Program-made: the position numbers and the translations under genes
IMG/VR virus record: IMGVR_UViG_2698536519_000009
Strand: one strand, 5' to 3'
Origin: a virus
Taxonomy: Duplodnaviria > Heunggongvirae > Uroviricota > Caudoviricetes
DNA: 17,443 nucleotides
Notes under the pieces: generated by a model
Database searches by the model: none
Told to the model about the DNA's origin: nothing
What the model saw: the letters and a program-made list of their open reading frames with translations, nothing else
Part shown: one piece after another, positions 9,289 to 17,167 of the stretch
Layout: each line of letters opens with the position of its first letter
Position numbering within the stretch: the stretch's first letter is position 1

Positions 9289-9394
9289 ACAGCCTTCCCC
9301 TGAATAAATTAACCGCCACTTGCCATTCCGTACAGAAGTCGGATATCCTTCGCCCGAAAAGCATGAAACACATTTCTGCCATGCTAAAGAGAAA

Positions 9395-9427
9395 CCCCGG
9401 TATCAGCAGATACCGGGGTTTTCTTTC
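9395..9427. terminator. Bidirectional intrinsic-terminator-like hairpin in the I-J intergenic insert
   Basis: ccccggtat cagcag ataccgggg: perfect 9-bp GC-rich stem with 6-nt loop (9395-9418). Followed by ttttctttc on the plus strand, and by tttctcttt on the minus strand (complement of 9386-9394). Confidence 0.7.
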
Positions 9428-9493
9428 ATGCCCACCGATAATCCTGTTGGTTAAAACCGGTAATGGCATAAAAATTCTGAATATCTTCACATT

Positions 9494-9521
9494 TTCACAC
9501 ACTGACTGTGGCGCTTATAAT
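9494..9521 (+). promoter_or_regulatory. Near-consensus sigma70-type promoter (TTCACA - 16 bp - TATAAT) facing away from the tail operon
   Basis: -35 TTCACA at 9494-9499 (5 of 6 to TTGACA), 16-bp spacer, perfect -10 TATAAT at 9516-9521. Predicted start near 9528; the plus-strand terminator lies ~70-100 nt downstream. Confidence 0.5.
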
Positions 9522-9591
9522 TTCGCTGCGTTAGTGTTTTTTTGCCCGAGTAACAAAAACAACTCCTTAACATTGATCTTCATTTGTCTGT

Positions 9592-9627
9592 CCCCGCAGC
9601 TCCGCGATCACTGCGGGATTTTTTTAT
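9592..9627 (+). terminator. Plus-strand intrinsic terminator at the end of the I-J intergenic insert
   Basis: cccgcag / ctgcggg stem (9593-9599 with 9611-9617) with an 11-nt loop, followed by attttttta (9618-9627). The U-run is on the plus strand only, so orientation is opposite to the tail genes. Confidence 0.6.
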
Positions 9628-9630
9628 GTT

Positions 9631-10311
9631 TTATCCCTGTCGCCCGATAACCACGACCGTTCCGCCCCCGCCTTCATCACGGGTGCTGATGTCCTGGGAT
9701 ATACGGCGGGAGCCAACCAGCATTTCCCCGTAAGGCACCGGCATCGGGTTCCCCTGGGCAATCATGTTATCCAGCGAGGAAAAGTACGTGTTCTGTCTGC
9801 CGTTATCCGTTGCGCGGTAATCCGGTGTTTTTGCCTTCGGGGCCAGCATCTGGGCCACACCGCCCAGAATCATGCTGGCTCCAAGTGAAAACAGCATCGT
9901 GGTGGCAGAAAAACCACCGGCTGCCAGGGCTGAACCCCATAACGCCATTGATGCCCCGGCAGTGAAGAAAGAGCCCACGATGGCTGCCGCCCCCAGCACA
10001 ATCTGCAGTCCACCCTTTCCGGCCCCGGCCAGTCGCGGCACAATATGGATGACCGTTCCCTCACCCAGCTGTTCGTGAAGACGGGCGTACACCGCCTCCG
10101 GTGCCGTGTCATAACCGGCAATACGTATCTGGTACCAGCCTTCGTTCATCTGACGGCGAAAGCCCGGCACCTGTAACGACAGCGCCCGGATGGCTTCCGC
10201 TGCCGTGTTCACATACAGGCTGAGGCGGCGGCCAAATCGTTGTAAATCCCCGTGAAGGCAGATGCGTGCCAGTGGCGGTGACGCCAGACAGAATGCGTTC
10301 GTCGTTGCCAT
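9631..10311 (-). CDS. I: Tail assembly protein I
   Basis: 226-aa ORF MATTNAFCLASPPLARICLHGDLQRFGRRL...; the central Gly/Ala-rich hydrophobic segment and ends match lambda gpI. Overlaps the 3' end of K by ~100 nt, as K and I do in lambda. Confidence 0.9.
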   Translation of the reverse strand: MATTNAFCLASPPLARICLHGDLQRFGRRLSLYVNTAAEAIRALSLQVPGFRRQMNEGWYQIRIAGYDTAPEAVYARLHEQLGEGTVIHIVPRLAGAGKGGLQIVLGAAAIVGSFFTAGASMALWGSALAAGGFSATTMLFSLGASMILGGVAQMLAPKAKTPDYRATDNGRQNTYFSSLDNMIAQGNPMPVPYGEMLVGSRRISQDISTRDEGGGGTVVVIGRQG

Positions 10312-10952
10312 TTTTCGGAATACCTCTCCCGTTTACTCAGTTGTTCAGGCAGATGGTGAAGCAGCTCACCGTTGCCGCAGTAAATGGCGGCATGGTTCGG
10401 TACCGAAGCACCAAAGCAGCACAGCAGAATATCGCCCGCCTGTGCAGAGGACAGGGGCACCCGGTAAAAGCCGGTGACCGCCATATTGTCCAGGTAAAGG
10501 TTCTGACCGTTGCGCCACCAGTCATCCTCGCGATGAAAATCCGGCATCTCAGTCCCCGCCAGATGATAAGCATCCCGGAACAGCGTGTAACAGTCCGTCA
10601 CCCCGTGCTCAAAGCGCCGTCCTGTCAGATGTGGCACACAGCGGAATTTGTGAATGTCACCCCGGCAGACCAGCCACCAGGGCAGTGCGCTTTTTATCTG
10701 CAGCCGCCGGTCAGCCTCGCTCAGCCAGGGCAGCCCACCGGGATGACTGTGGACCAGTGCCACAATCTCCCCCTGCATCTCTGCCCGCAGCCAGTCTTCC
10801 GGTGCGATACGAAAATACGCCTCCGGCTCTGCAGAAATATTCACACAAGGGATATACCACTCCCCCTCCGGCGTGCTTATCACGAAGCCGCACGACTCCG
10901 CAGGCGCACACCGCCGGGCATGCGCCAGAATCGCTGATTCAGTCTGTGTCAT
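10209..10952 (-). CDS. K: Tail tip assembly protein K (N-terminal JAB/MPN metalloprotease-like domain plus C-terminal NlpC/P60-like domain)
   Basis: The ORF track gives a 334-aa frame, but the lambda gpK-like sequence begins at internal MTQTESAILAHARRCAPAESCGF... (ATG is the complement of 10950-10952), giving 247 aa. JAMM-like motif HSHPGGLPWLSEAD is present; the C-terminal half has the Cys/His pattern of NlpC/P60. The upstream 87 codons overlap L and are taken as non-coding in this frame. Confidence 0.88.
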   Translation of the reverse strand: MTQTESAILAHARRCAPAESCGFVISTPEGEWYIPCVNISAEPEAYFRIAPEDWLRAEMQGEIVALVHSHPGGLPWLSEADRRLQIKSALPWWLVCRGDIHKFRCVPHLTGRRFEHGVTDCYTLFRDAYHLAGTEMPDFHREDDWWRNGQNLYLDNMAVTGFYRVPLSSAQAGDILLCCFGASVPNHAAIYCGNGELLHHLPEQLSKRERYSEKWQRRTHSVWRHRHWHASAFTGIYNDLAAASACM

Positions 10953-10962
10953 AAACCGGGAT

Positions 10963-11661
10963 TTACTGCGAAAGTTTATTAATGGAAAGGAAACCGCCAA
11001 AATTGCCGACATTCCTGCGCAGTTCACACCCGCGCATGCACTTGCTGCATCTGTCCTTACGGATATCCGTGGTGGGTTTATCGAACTCATCCGCCACCGC
11101 AGGACCGTTATACCCGCATTCATCTCCCCGGTAATCCCACATACAGGTGTTCGCCAGCATGATGCGACCGGGAAACAGCGCCCCGTCCGTCTCGGTCGGT
11201 GTAGCCAGCACAAACGAGGCCGTCATGGCTGTCAGCTGCGACATCTGCTCCACCACCCAGCGGTCACTCAGCTCCTGCTCCGGGTCCGCCTCCGGATTGC
11301 CCGCAACGAAATTCACCGCATCCAGAAAACGGGCATACACCCGGCGGCGGACCACCGTGGCCCCCACCAGACTCTGCAGGTCTTCCGCCATCCCGGTGAC
11401 CAGACCGAACAGATTGGACACCGTCAGCGACGGTCTGGCACTGCTGCCCCGGCCGTTCATCTCAAAGCCGCTGCCGTCAATCGGGTATGCCTCATACTTA
11501 CGCCCCTGCCAGATGACCGGCTCCCCTTTTTCATTCAGCTCATTACAGAAAAAATACCGCTCACCACCCTGTACCGTCAGGTCGATTTCCCAGAGTACCA
11601 CCCGCGGTGACTGCTCTGACTTAACCGACTCGTTCAGACTTTCTTCGCGAATATCCTGCAT
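10963..11661 (-). CDS. L: Minor tail protein L (tail tip assembly)
   Basis: 232-aa ORF MQDIREESLNESVKSEQSPRVVLWEIDLT...GNFGGFLSINKLSQ matches lambda gpL, including the Cys-rich C-terminal region. Start overlaps the M stop. Confidence 0.9.
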   Translation of the reverse strand: MQDIREESLNESVKSEQSPRVVLWEIDLTVQGGERYFFCNELNEKGEPVIWQGRKYEAYPIDGSGFEMNGRGSSARPSLTVSNLFGLVTGMAEDLQSLVGATVVRRRVYARFLDAVNFVAGNPEADPEQELSDRWVVEQMSQLTAMTASFVLATPTETDGALFPGRIMLANTCMWDYRGDECGYNGPAVADEFDKPTTDIRKDRCSKCMRGCELRRNVGNFGGFLSINKLSQ

Positions 11662-11990
11662 CAGTTCACCACCTGCTTAAACTCCGCGCTGAACTCAACG
11701 CGCAACATCCCGACCCGCGCAGACCACCCGGCACAGGTCACCTTTATCTGCCGGTATGCATAGGGTGGCTTCCACAAAAATGCCTTCCAGCCACCGTGCT
11801 CTGCCAGGAACGCTTCCAGATGCCGGGCCTCCTCCCGGGTCACGGAAAGCGTCACCCTGTATGTTTTCAGGTCAGCATTCAGCCCTGCCGCCATACGCTG
11901 TGAGTACCCGTCACCAAAACGCACTTCACGCACCGATGGCTGCGAGTTCACCTCCATATCCGGCTTCACTTTCCAGCGAAAGGTTTTCAT
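11661..11990 (-). CDS. M: Minor tail protein M
   Basis: 109-aa ORF MKTFRWKVKPDMEVNSQPSVREVRFGDGYSQR...LRVEFSAEFKQVVN, collinear with lambda gpM. ATGA overlap with the H stop. Confidence 0.9.
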   Translation of the reverse strand: MKTFRWKVKPDMEVNSQPSVREVRFGDGYSQRMAAGLNADLKTYRVTLSVTREEARHLEAFLAEHGGWKAFLWKPPYAYRQIKVTCAGWSARVGMLRVEFSAEFKQVVN

Positions 11991-14560
11991 CCACCGCTCC
12001 CTGATAACATACCGCCATCACGCAACTGCAGCCGGAGTTCATCCTGTGCCCCCTTGCGGGCCATCTCATACACCGCTTTCATCAGCTGCGGCCCTGCCCG
12101 CCCGTTGGGGCCGTCGTTCTGAATCACCACGTGATTGTTCTGATTAAAATTAATGCCTTCCGCCCGCCGCATCTGCGCCGGACTTCCGGCACCGCCGACA
12201 TAACCACCTTCCGCATAGCCCCGCATCAGGCGGTACAGATTGCCGACACCAATCCGGCTGGTCGCCTCCTTCGTGAAGACAAACTCCCCGCGATGAACAA
12301 TCCCCGCAGGTTCATATTTACCCCCCGTCCCCGTAAATCCCCCGGTCGCGAAATGGAAGTTCGCCGCCGCAGCCTGAATGGCTGTACCGCCTGACGCGGA
12401 TGCGCCGCCACCAACAGCCCCGCCAATGGCGCTGCCGATACTCCCGACTATCCCCACCATCGCCTGCTTCAGAAAAATCTCTGTCAGCATGGACAGCACA
12501 GAACGGGTGAAACCACGCCAGTTCTGTTCGCTGCCGGTCAGCATCGCTGCCATATTCTGTGCAATACCGTCAAAGGTCTGCGTGGCCGCGTTTTTAACCT
12601 GCGAAAAACTGTCCGTCGCACTTTCCGCCCACTCGCCCCAGCCGGACTTCATCCCGGCCATCCAGCTTCCACGAAGCTGCTCCTCCGCAGACCAGGTGTT
12701 CTTCAGTGCAGATGTGGCCTTCGCCAGCGCAGCCGGATTATCACCGTACACCTCACGAAGGCGCTGCTCTTCCGACTCCCGCTGCGCCTGACGGTCGGTG
12801 AGTCCGCGGGCTTTTGCGCTGATTGCCGCCTGCTTCGCGCTCTGCTGCTGTTCAAACCGCGCCGCCTGCTGTGCCAGCTCATTCAGCCGTTTCTGGTGTT
12901 CAATCTTGTCGCCCAGCTCAGCCAGCTGGCGTTTGTACTCCAGCGTTTCTTTCTCATGGGCCAGCAGGGATTTTTCCTGCTCAGATAACTGCCGTTTCGT
13001 GGCGGCCTCTTTCAGGACCACATACTGATTTTCCGCTTCCCATAAATCCCGGCGCTGCTGGCTGATTTTCTCATTCACACCGCTGTGTTTTTCCAGCGTC
13101 CTGAGCTCGGTTTCAAGCGCCAGCATGGCTGCATGCGCCCGGTCTTCCTGGCGCTCACCGGCAGACACCTTCACACCTGACGGCTTTTTCAGCGTCGATT
13201 CATAATCCTTTTTTGCCGACGCCATCAGCGTGTTGTAATCCGCCTGCAGGATTTTTCCGTCTTTCAGGGCCTTATTCAGCTCTTTCTGACGGGCGGTATA
13301 TTTATCCAGCGGCGTCTGCAGGCGCTCATACGCCTTCTGCGCCTCTCCGGTATACTTCAGCTGTGACGCCTCACGCTCAGCCCGGTCCCTTGCCGCCAGT
13401 TCACCGGCTTTTTCCATATCCGACTGCAGCGTGGCCGCTGCCAGACCCAGACGGGCATTTTCCCGGTCATCCCATGCCCCCTGAAGGTTCGCACGAAAAG
13501 AGGAGGTCTTTCCCCGGCGCTGGCTCCGGCTCTGGTACCACTGCCATTTTTTATCCGCCTCATCAAATGCCTTCTGCGCACTGGCGAGCATATCCGCTGA
13601 GGATTCAGGACGACCGATATCCAGAATGGCATCCCACATCGATTTGAATGCCTTCCCTGTTTTATCCGCCCAGGTCTCCAGTGTTCCCATGTTTTCTTTC
13701 AGGCGACGGGTCTGCTCATCAAAGCCTTTCGTGGCGATATCGTTCGCCGCCTGCAATGCCCCGGCCTCGTCTCCGGAACGCTGCAGCTGTGCAACATACG
13801 CAATCTGCTCTGCCGTCACGTTACGGAACTGGCGCGCCATCGCCATCAGTCCCGACGTCGGGTCAGTGGTCAGCTTCCCGAAGGCTTCAGCGACTTTATC
13901 CACCTCCACACCGGATGCAGACGCAAAACGCGCGACACTCTGGTTGATGGCATCAAACTGTTCACCACCACGCACACCGGCATTCACCAGGGCTGCCAGT
14001 GACTCTCTCGCCTGGTTAAACGTCAGCCCTGCTGCCTGCCCGGCTCTTGAGAGAGTCAGCATACGATCGGCAGTCAGTCCGGACTGATTACCGGAAAGAA
14101 CCAGGGTTTTATTAAACGCTGAAAGCGTGGAATCTCCCTGGTACCAGGCGTACACCAGCGCACCTGTCGCCACCGCCAGCGAGGTGACCCCGACCATCGG
14201 CAGGGTGATCGCACCGGCGAGCCCCCTGAACATGGGGATCATCCCGCCGAAGGAGTCCTTCACCTGACCGCCCTGTTGCAGCAGGATCAGCCAGGGATTC
14301 TGACCACCGGCAAGCTGCGTGGCGATATCCGTAAACTGTGCGGGCAGGGTACGCATGGCCGCTTTATACTGCCCGACGGAAATCCCGGCTTTTTGTGCAG
14401 CCAGCGCCTGGCGGCTCAGGCCCTGTTCAACAGCACTGGCGGTTTTTCTGGCGTCGGTATCCAGACCTGAAAAATGACGCCTTACCCGGCTCATCTGCTC
14501 ATCGAAACGGACAGCATCCAGACTCAGGTCAATAACAAGATCACCAACCGGCTGGGACAT
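11987..14560 (-). CDS. H: Tail tape measure protein H
   Basis: 857-aa ORF MSQPVGDLVIDLSLDAVRFDEQMSRVRRHFSG...; long stretches match lambda gpH (853 aa), including the Gly-rich hydrophobic C-terminal segment IVGSIGSAIGGAVGGGASASGGTAIQAAAA. Strong RBS GGGAGGTG upstream; start overlaps the T stop. Confidence 0.93.
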   Translation of the reverse strand: MSQPVGDLVIDLSLDAVRFDEQMSRVRRHFSGLDTDARKTASAVEQGLSRQALAAQKAGISVGQYKAAMRTLPAQFTDIATQLAGGQNPWLILLQQGGQVKDSFGGMIPMFRGLAGAITLPMVGVTSLAVATGALVYAWYQGDSTLSAFNKTLVLSGNQSGLTADRMLTLSRAGQAAGLTFNQARESLAALVNAGVRGGEQFDAINQSVARFASASGVEVDKVAEAFGKLTTDPTSGLMAMARQFRNVTAEQIAYVAQLQRSGDEAGALQAANDIATKGFDEQTRRLKENMGTLETWADKTGKAFKSMWDAILDIGRPESSADMLASAQKAFDEADKKWQWYQSRSQRRGKTSSFRANLQGAWDDRENARLGLAAATLQSDMEKAGELAARDRAEREASQLKYTGEAQKAYERLQTPLDKYTARQKELNKALKDGKILQADYNTLMASAKKDYESTLKKPSGVKVSAGERQEDRAHAAMLALETELRTLEKHSGVNEKISQQRRDLWEAENQYVVLKEAATKRQLSEQEKSLLAHEKETLEYKRQLAELGDKIEHQKRLNELAQQAARFEQQQSAKQAAISAKARGLTDRQAQRESEEQRLREVYGDNPAALAKATSALKNTWSAEEQLRGSWMAGMKSGWGEWAESATDSFSQVKNAATQTFDGIAQNMAAMLTGSEQNWRGFTRSVLSMLTEIFLKQAMVGIVGSIGSAIGGAVGGGASASGGTAIQAAAANFHFATGGFTGTGGKYEPAGIVHRGEFVFTKEATSRIGVGNLYRLMRGYAEGGYVGGAGSPAQMRRAEGINFNQNNHVVIQNDGPNGRAGPQLMKAVYEMARKGAQDELRLQLRDGGMLSGSGG

Positions 14561-15005
14561 ATCTCACACCTCCCGGAATCCCCGCTGAAGCCATCATTAA
14601 TGCGGCATCATCCACCATGACATCCGCCACATCCGCAGACGATAAAATATCGCGCCCTCCGTCCCCACCGAACCGGACGCCTCCGGCAAGTCCTGCCGCT
14701 TTCTGCATCAGCATTTTGTCCTCATCCGGCCTCTCCACCTGCTCTTCCTCATGCCGGGGGACAAGCAGACTGAAATCAGAGGGATGCATATCCGGATCGC
14801 AAAAAAACAGGCTGAGTACAGCGTACGTCAGCCCGGAAAAATGCATATCCAGCTGGGTATCCTGAAAATAATGCGTGCGGTAAAAACAGTGCCAGTCGGC
14901 ATATTCGGTGGATGTCATCCCGGCAAGCATGGCGCGCCAGTCGGGTCTCCCCATCTCACGCGCCAGTCTGAGGGCAAAGTTCAGCTCGCCGTCGAAGACT
15001 TTCCC
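14541..15005 (-). CDS. T: T segment of the tail assembly chaperone G-T fusion, expressed only by programmed -1 frameshift from G (fusion product spans 14541..15412)
   Basis: The open frame downstream of the heptamer is the -1 frame relative to G (codon upper boundaries congruent to 2 mod 3, versus 1 mod 3 for G). Its translation (...GRPDWRAMLAGMTSTEYADWHCFYRTHYFQDTQLDMHFSGLTYAVL...VPAGW*) is gpT-like. The ATG at 14954 in the ORF track is probably not a real initiator. Confidence 0.85.
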   Translation of the reverse strand, partial: GKVFDGELNFALRLAREMGRPDWRAMLAGMTSTEYADWHCFYRTHYFQDTQLDMHFSGLTYAVLSLFFCDPDMHPSDFSLLVPRHEEEQVERPDEDKMLMQKAAGLAGGVRFGGDGGRDILSSADVADVMVDDAALMMASAGIPGGVRYVPAGW

Positions 15006-15412
15006 GCAGAAAAATCATCATCAGTCAGCGTGTTATTTTTCGCCACTTCAGTAATATCAGTATCCGGACGAACAGCTTCGATCATCCCGGACAGGCACAA
15101 CACCACGTCTTCCGCCCGGGCAATGGCATCGGCAGGCCAGGTGGTGAGCACTTCCTGCTCTATCTTCATCACGGCCTCATTCATTGACGGTGACTGCGTT
15201 TTCTGTGGATGGTTATGCCACAGGGACATCGCCACCAGAAACGCGCCGGTTCTGACGAGATCTTCCACGCTTACCTGCAGGTTGCCGCTGGATTCTGCCT
15301 GTTCTGCACGCCGTTTCAGGAGGGCAAGATGCTCGATACGCTGCAGCGCAGACAATTCGGAAAGCGTGACAGACACACCGTTATATTCAAATTGTTCTGT
15401 TTTCAGAAACAT
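14981..15412 (-). CDS. G: Tail assembly chaperone G (zero-frame product)
   Basis: 143-aa ORF MFLKTEQFEYNGVSVTLSELSALQRIEHLALLKRRAEQAESS... matches lambda gpG. It ends ...FSAGKSSTAS* with the slippery heptamer inside its last codons. Confidence 0.9.
   Translation of the reverse strand: MFLKTEQFEYNGVSVTLSELSALQRIEHLALLKRRAEQAESSGNLQVSVEDLVRTGAFLVAMSLWHNHPQKTQSPSMNEAVMKIEQEVLTTWPADAIARAEDVVLCLSGMIEAVRPDTDITEVAKNNTLTDDDFSAGKSSTAS
14999..15005 (-). other. Programmed -1 ribosomal frameshift slippery heptamer G GGA AAG (G-T recoding site)
   Basis: Plus strand reads ctttccc at 14999-15005, i.e. GGGAAAG on the minus strand, positioned in G frame as GCG GGA AAG (X XXY YYZ). It sits 5 codons before the G stop, exactly as in lambda. 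Confidence 0.8.
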
Positions 15413-15425
15413 GTATTACCTCCGT

Positions 15426-16178
15426 TTACCCTGCAGCGCCCGCTTCAGTAACGGTGACTTCAGCCACTGCGGCGAACTGACCATTTCCGCTCACCACAGG
15501 GATCTGCACCTTACCTGTCGCCACGCCGTTTACCGTAATTGTCATATCTTTCACACTAATGGTGGCTTTCGACGGATCGGCGGAAACCGCTCTGAACGTC
15601 TTGTCGGTTGCACTTTCCGGCTCAAAAGAAACCGTCAGGGTGGTTGTTTTCCCTTTTGCCACCGTACCGGATGTCGGCGTCACCTTAATCGCACTGACCG
15701 GCGTAATTTTGCTGCGTTCTTCCGCTACAGAAGGTTTACCCACGTTAGTGACTTTCACCGTGCGGGTGATCACTTCTTTCGCCGTCACGGCCTTACCGAT
15801 ACTGCTGACCCAGCCACGAAACACATCCACCGTGCCATTCGGAAAACGGATTTTATAGGCCCGGACATCGCCGCTTTCAAACCAGCCTATAAGCCCTTTC
15901 TGGCCTTCCTCTCCCGGTTTCCAGGCCAGCGTAAAACTGGTATCACCTGCAGATTTCTGCCCCTGCCCGGTCGCGGTCCAGTCCGCGTCTTCATCATCCA
16001 GGTAGTTATCATCGAAGGATTCTGCCGTCATCTCGCCCGGCGTCAGATCCTTCACCTTAGCCAGTCGCTGCCAGTCATCGTCTGACAACGGGTTTGCATA
16101 AGCATCACCCTTGCCGTTGTAAACCCACAGAGTGGTACCGGCACCTTTTACCGGCTCAAGGGGATTTGGTGTTGCCAT
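15426..16178 (-). CDS. V: Major tail tube protein V with C-terminal Ig-like (Big_2-type) domain
   Basis: 250-aa [60 protein letters not shown]... matches lambda gpV along its length. The C-terminal ~90 aa ([24 protein letters not shown]...[15 protein letters not shown]) is the Ig-like decoration domain. Confidence 0.93.
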   Translation of the reverse strand: MATPNPLEPVKGAGTTLWVYNGKGDAYANPLSDDDWQRLAKVKDLTPGEMTAESFDDNYLDDEDADWTATGQGQKSAGDTSFTLAWKPGEEGQKGLIGWFESGDVRAYKIRFPNGTVDVFRGWVSSIGKAVTAKEVITRTVKVTNVGKPSVAEERSKITPVSAIKVTPTSGTVAKGKTTTLTVSFEPESATDKTFRAVSADPSKATISVKDMTITVNGVATGKVQIPVVSGNGQFAAVAEVTVTEAGAAG

Positions 16179-16185
16179 ATCGTCC

Positions 16186-16581
16186 TCACATCTCGTATGT
16201 AATGGAATAAGTCAGATCTGCAGAACTCCATAACGCCATATCGTCATCACGACGATACTCATAGCCCTGCGTAACCATCGTGGTAATCAGTCCTGCCAGT
16301 GCCGGGATCGCGGTCATCGCCGGGTAAATCCGGCTTTCCATCCACTGATCGAGCTCTGAATCCGGTACCTGTGCCGGTAAAAACACCTCAATATGCAGCG
16401 TGGCCCGCCAGGTATCTGCATCCAGCTCTTCACCGGTATACTCTGCATCCGTCAGATAAACCGCGATCGCAGGAAAATCCTCTTCGTCAAAAACAACGGG
16501 GCGACCATCAAACAGCGTCGCCCCGTGTTCATGCTGCTCGAGTGCATCCAGCACTGCGGCACGAATGTCAGTGTGTTTCAT
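16186..16581 (-). CDS. U: Tail terminator protein U
   Basis: 131-aa [36 protein letters not shown]...[10 protein letters not shown], near-collinear with lambda gpU (same length, same ends). Synteny Z-U-V. Confidence 0.92.
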   Translation of the reverse strand: MKHTDIRAAVLDALEQHEHGATLFDGRPVVFDEEDFPAIAVYLTDAEYTGEELDADTWRATLHIEVFLPAQVPDSELDQWMESRIYPAMTAIPALAGLITTMVTQGYEYRRDDDMALWSSADLTYSITYEM

Positions 16582-17153
16582 CGTTTTATCGCAATCCTCA
16601 GTTGTTGTTTCAGCGCGTATGCCAGTTCTTTAGGCAGGCGTTCACGCCGGATACGGTCAACATTCTCATCAAATGCCTGTTTCAGTGGGGCCGCCATCGG
16701 GATTTTCACCACCTGAATGGGAAGGCGATTACGCTTTTTCCTTCCCTTGTCGTCATTGCCCTCCTTATATCTGGCCTGGGGAAGACGTTGCATAACATGC
16801 CAGCGCCCATTATTTAATCGCTGGATAAATGCCCGCTGATAACGATGCTGACCGGCTTTGAGTATGCTGTTCGGACGACGCCCCAGCATTCTGATCCCCA
16901 GCTTAATCACAGGGAGATCACCGCGGTTAACGATAATTCTGGCATTCGGATTTCTGACCGTCGCCCGTTTCAGTCTGGACCGTTCCTTTACCAGTTTCCG
17001 TCTCACCCTGGTTTCCCGGGCAACCTGTGACGAAGACTGATTAATCGCCGTTGTGGCCACGCGGTTAATGGTCATTGCAGAAGCAGCCGGAATGGCGTTT
17101 TTACGAACCCGGCTCAGATTGTCAATCGCCTGATCAAGCCCTTTTATCGCCAT
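16578..17153 (-). CDS. Z: Tail completion protein Z
   Basis: 191-aa ORF; N-terminus MAIKGLDQAIDNLSRV... and C-terminus ...[25 protein letters not shown] closely resemble lambda gpZ. Position between FII and U; 4-nt overlap with U start. Confidence 0.9.
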   Translation of the reverse strand: MAIKGLDQAIDNLSRVRKNAIPAASAMTINRVATTAINQSSSQVARETRVRRKLVKERSRLKRATVRNPNARIIVNRGDLPVIKLGIRMLGRRPNSILKAGQHRYQRAFIQRLNNGRWHVMQRLPQARYKEGNDDKGRKKRNRLPIQVVKIPMAAPLKQAFDENVDRIRRERLPKELAYALKQQLRIAIKR

Positions 17154-17167
17154 AATTCACCCTGCGT

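Noticed and set aside
9269-9502. 77-aa minus-strand ORF in the I-J insert
   Set aside because: It begins with a non-optimal context, runs through the bidirectional hairpin and overlaps the J start region; no support for coding.
10209-11213. 334-aa version of the K ORF starting far upstream inside L
   Set aside because: Homology to lambda gpK begins at the internal MTQTESAIL start (10952). The upstream 87 codons overlap L in another frame and have no homology, so the shorter start is used.
14751-16085. 444-aa plus-strand ORF antisense to T, G and V
   Set aside because: It is the codon-aligned antisense frame of V and T, where stops arise only from rare sense codons (TTA/CTA/TCA). It has no RBS or recognisable protein features and overlaps three genes with strong homology. 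Treated as a frame artefact.
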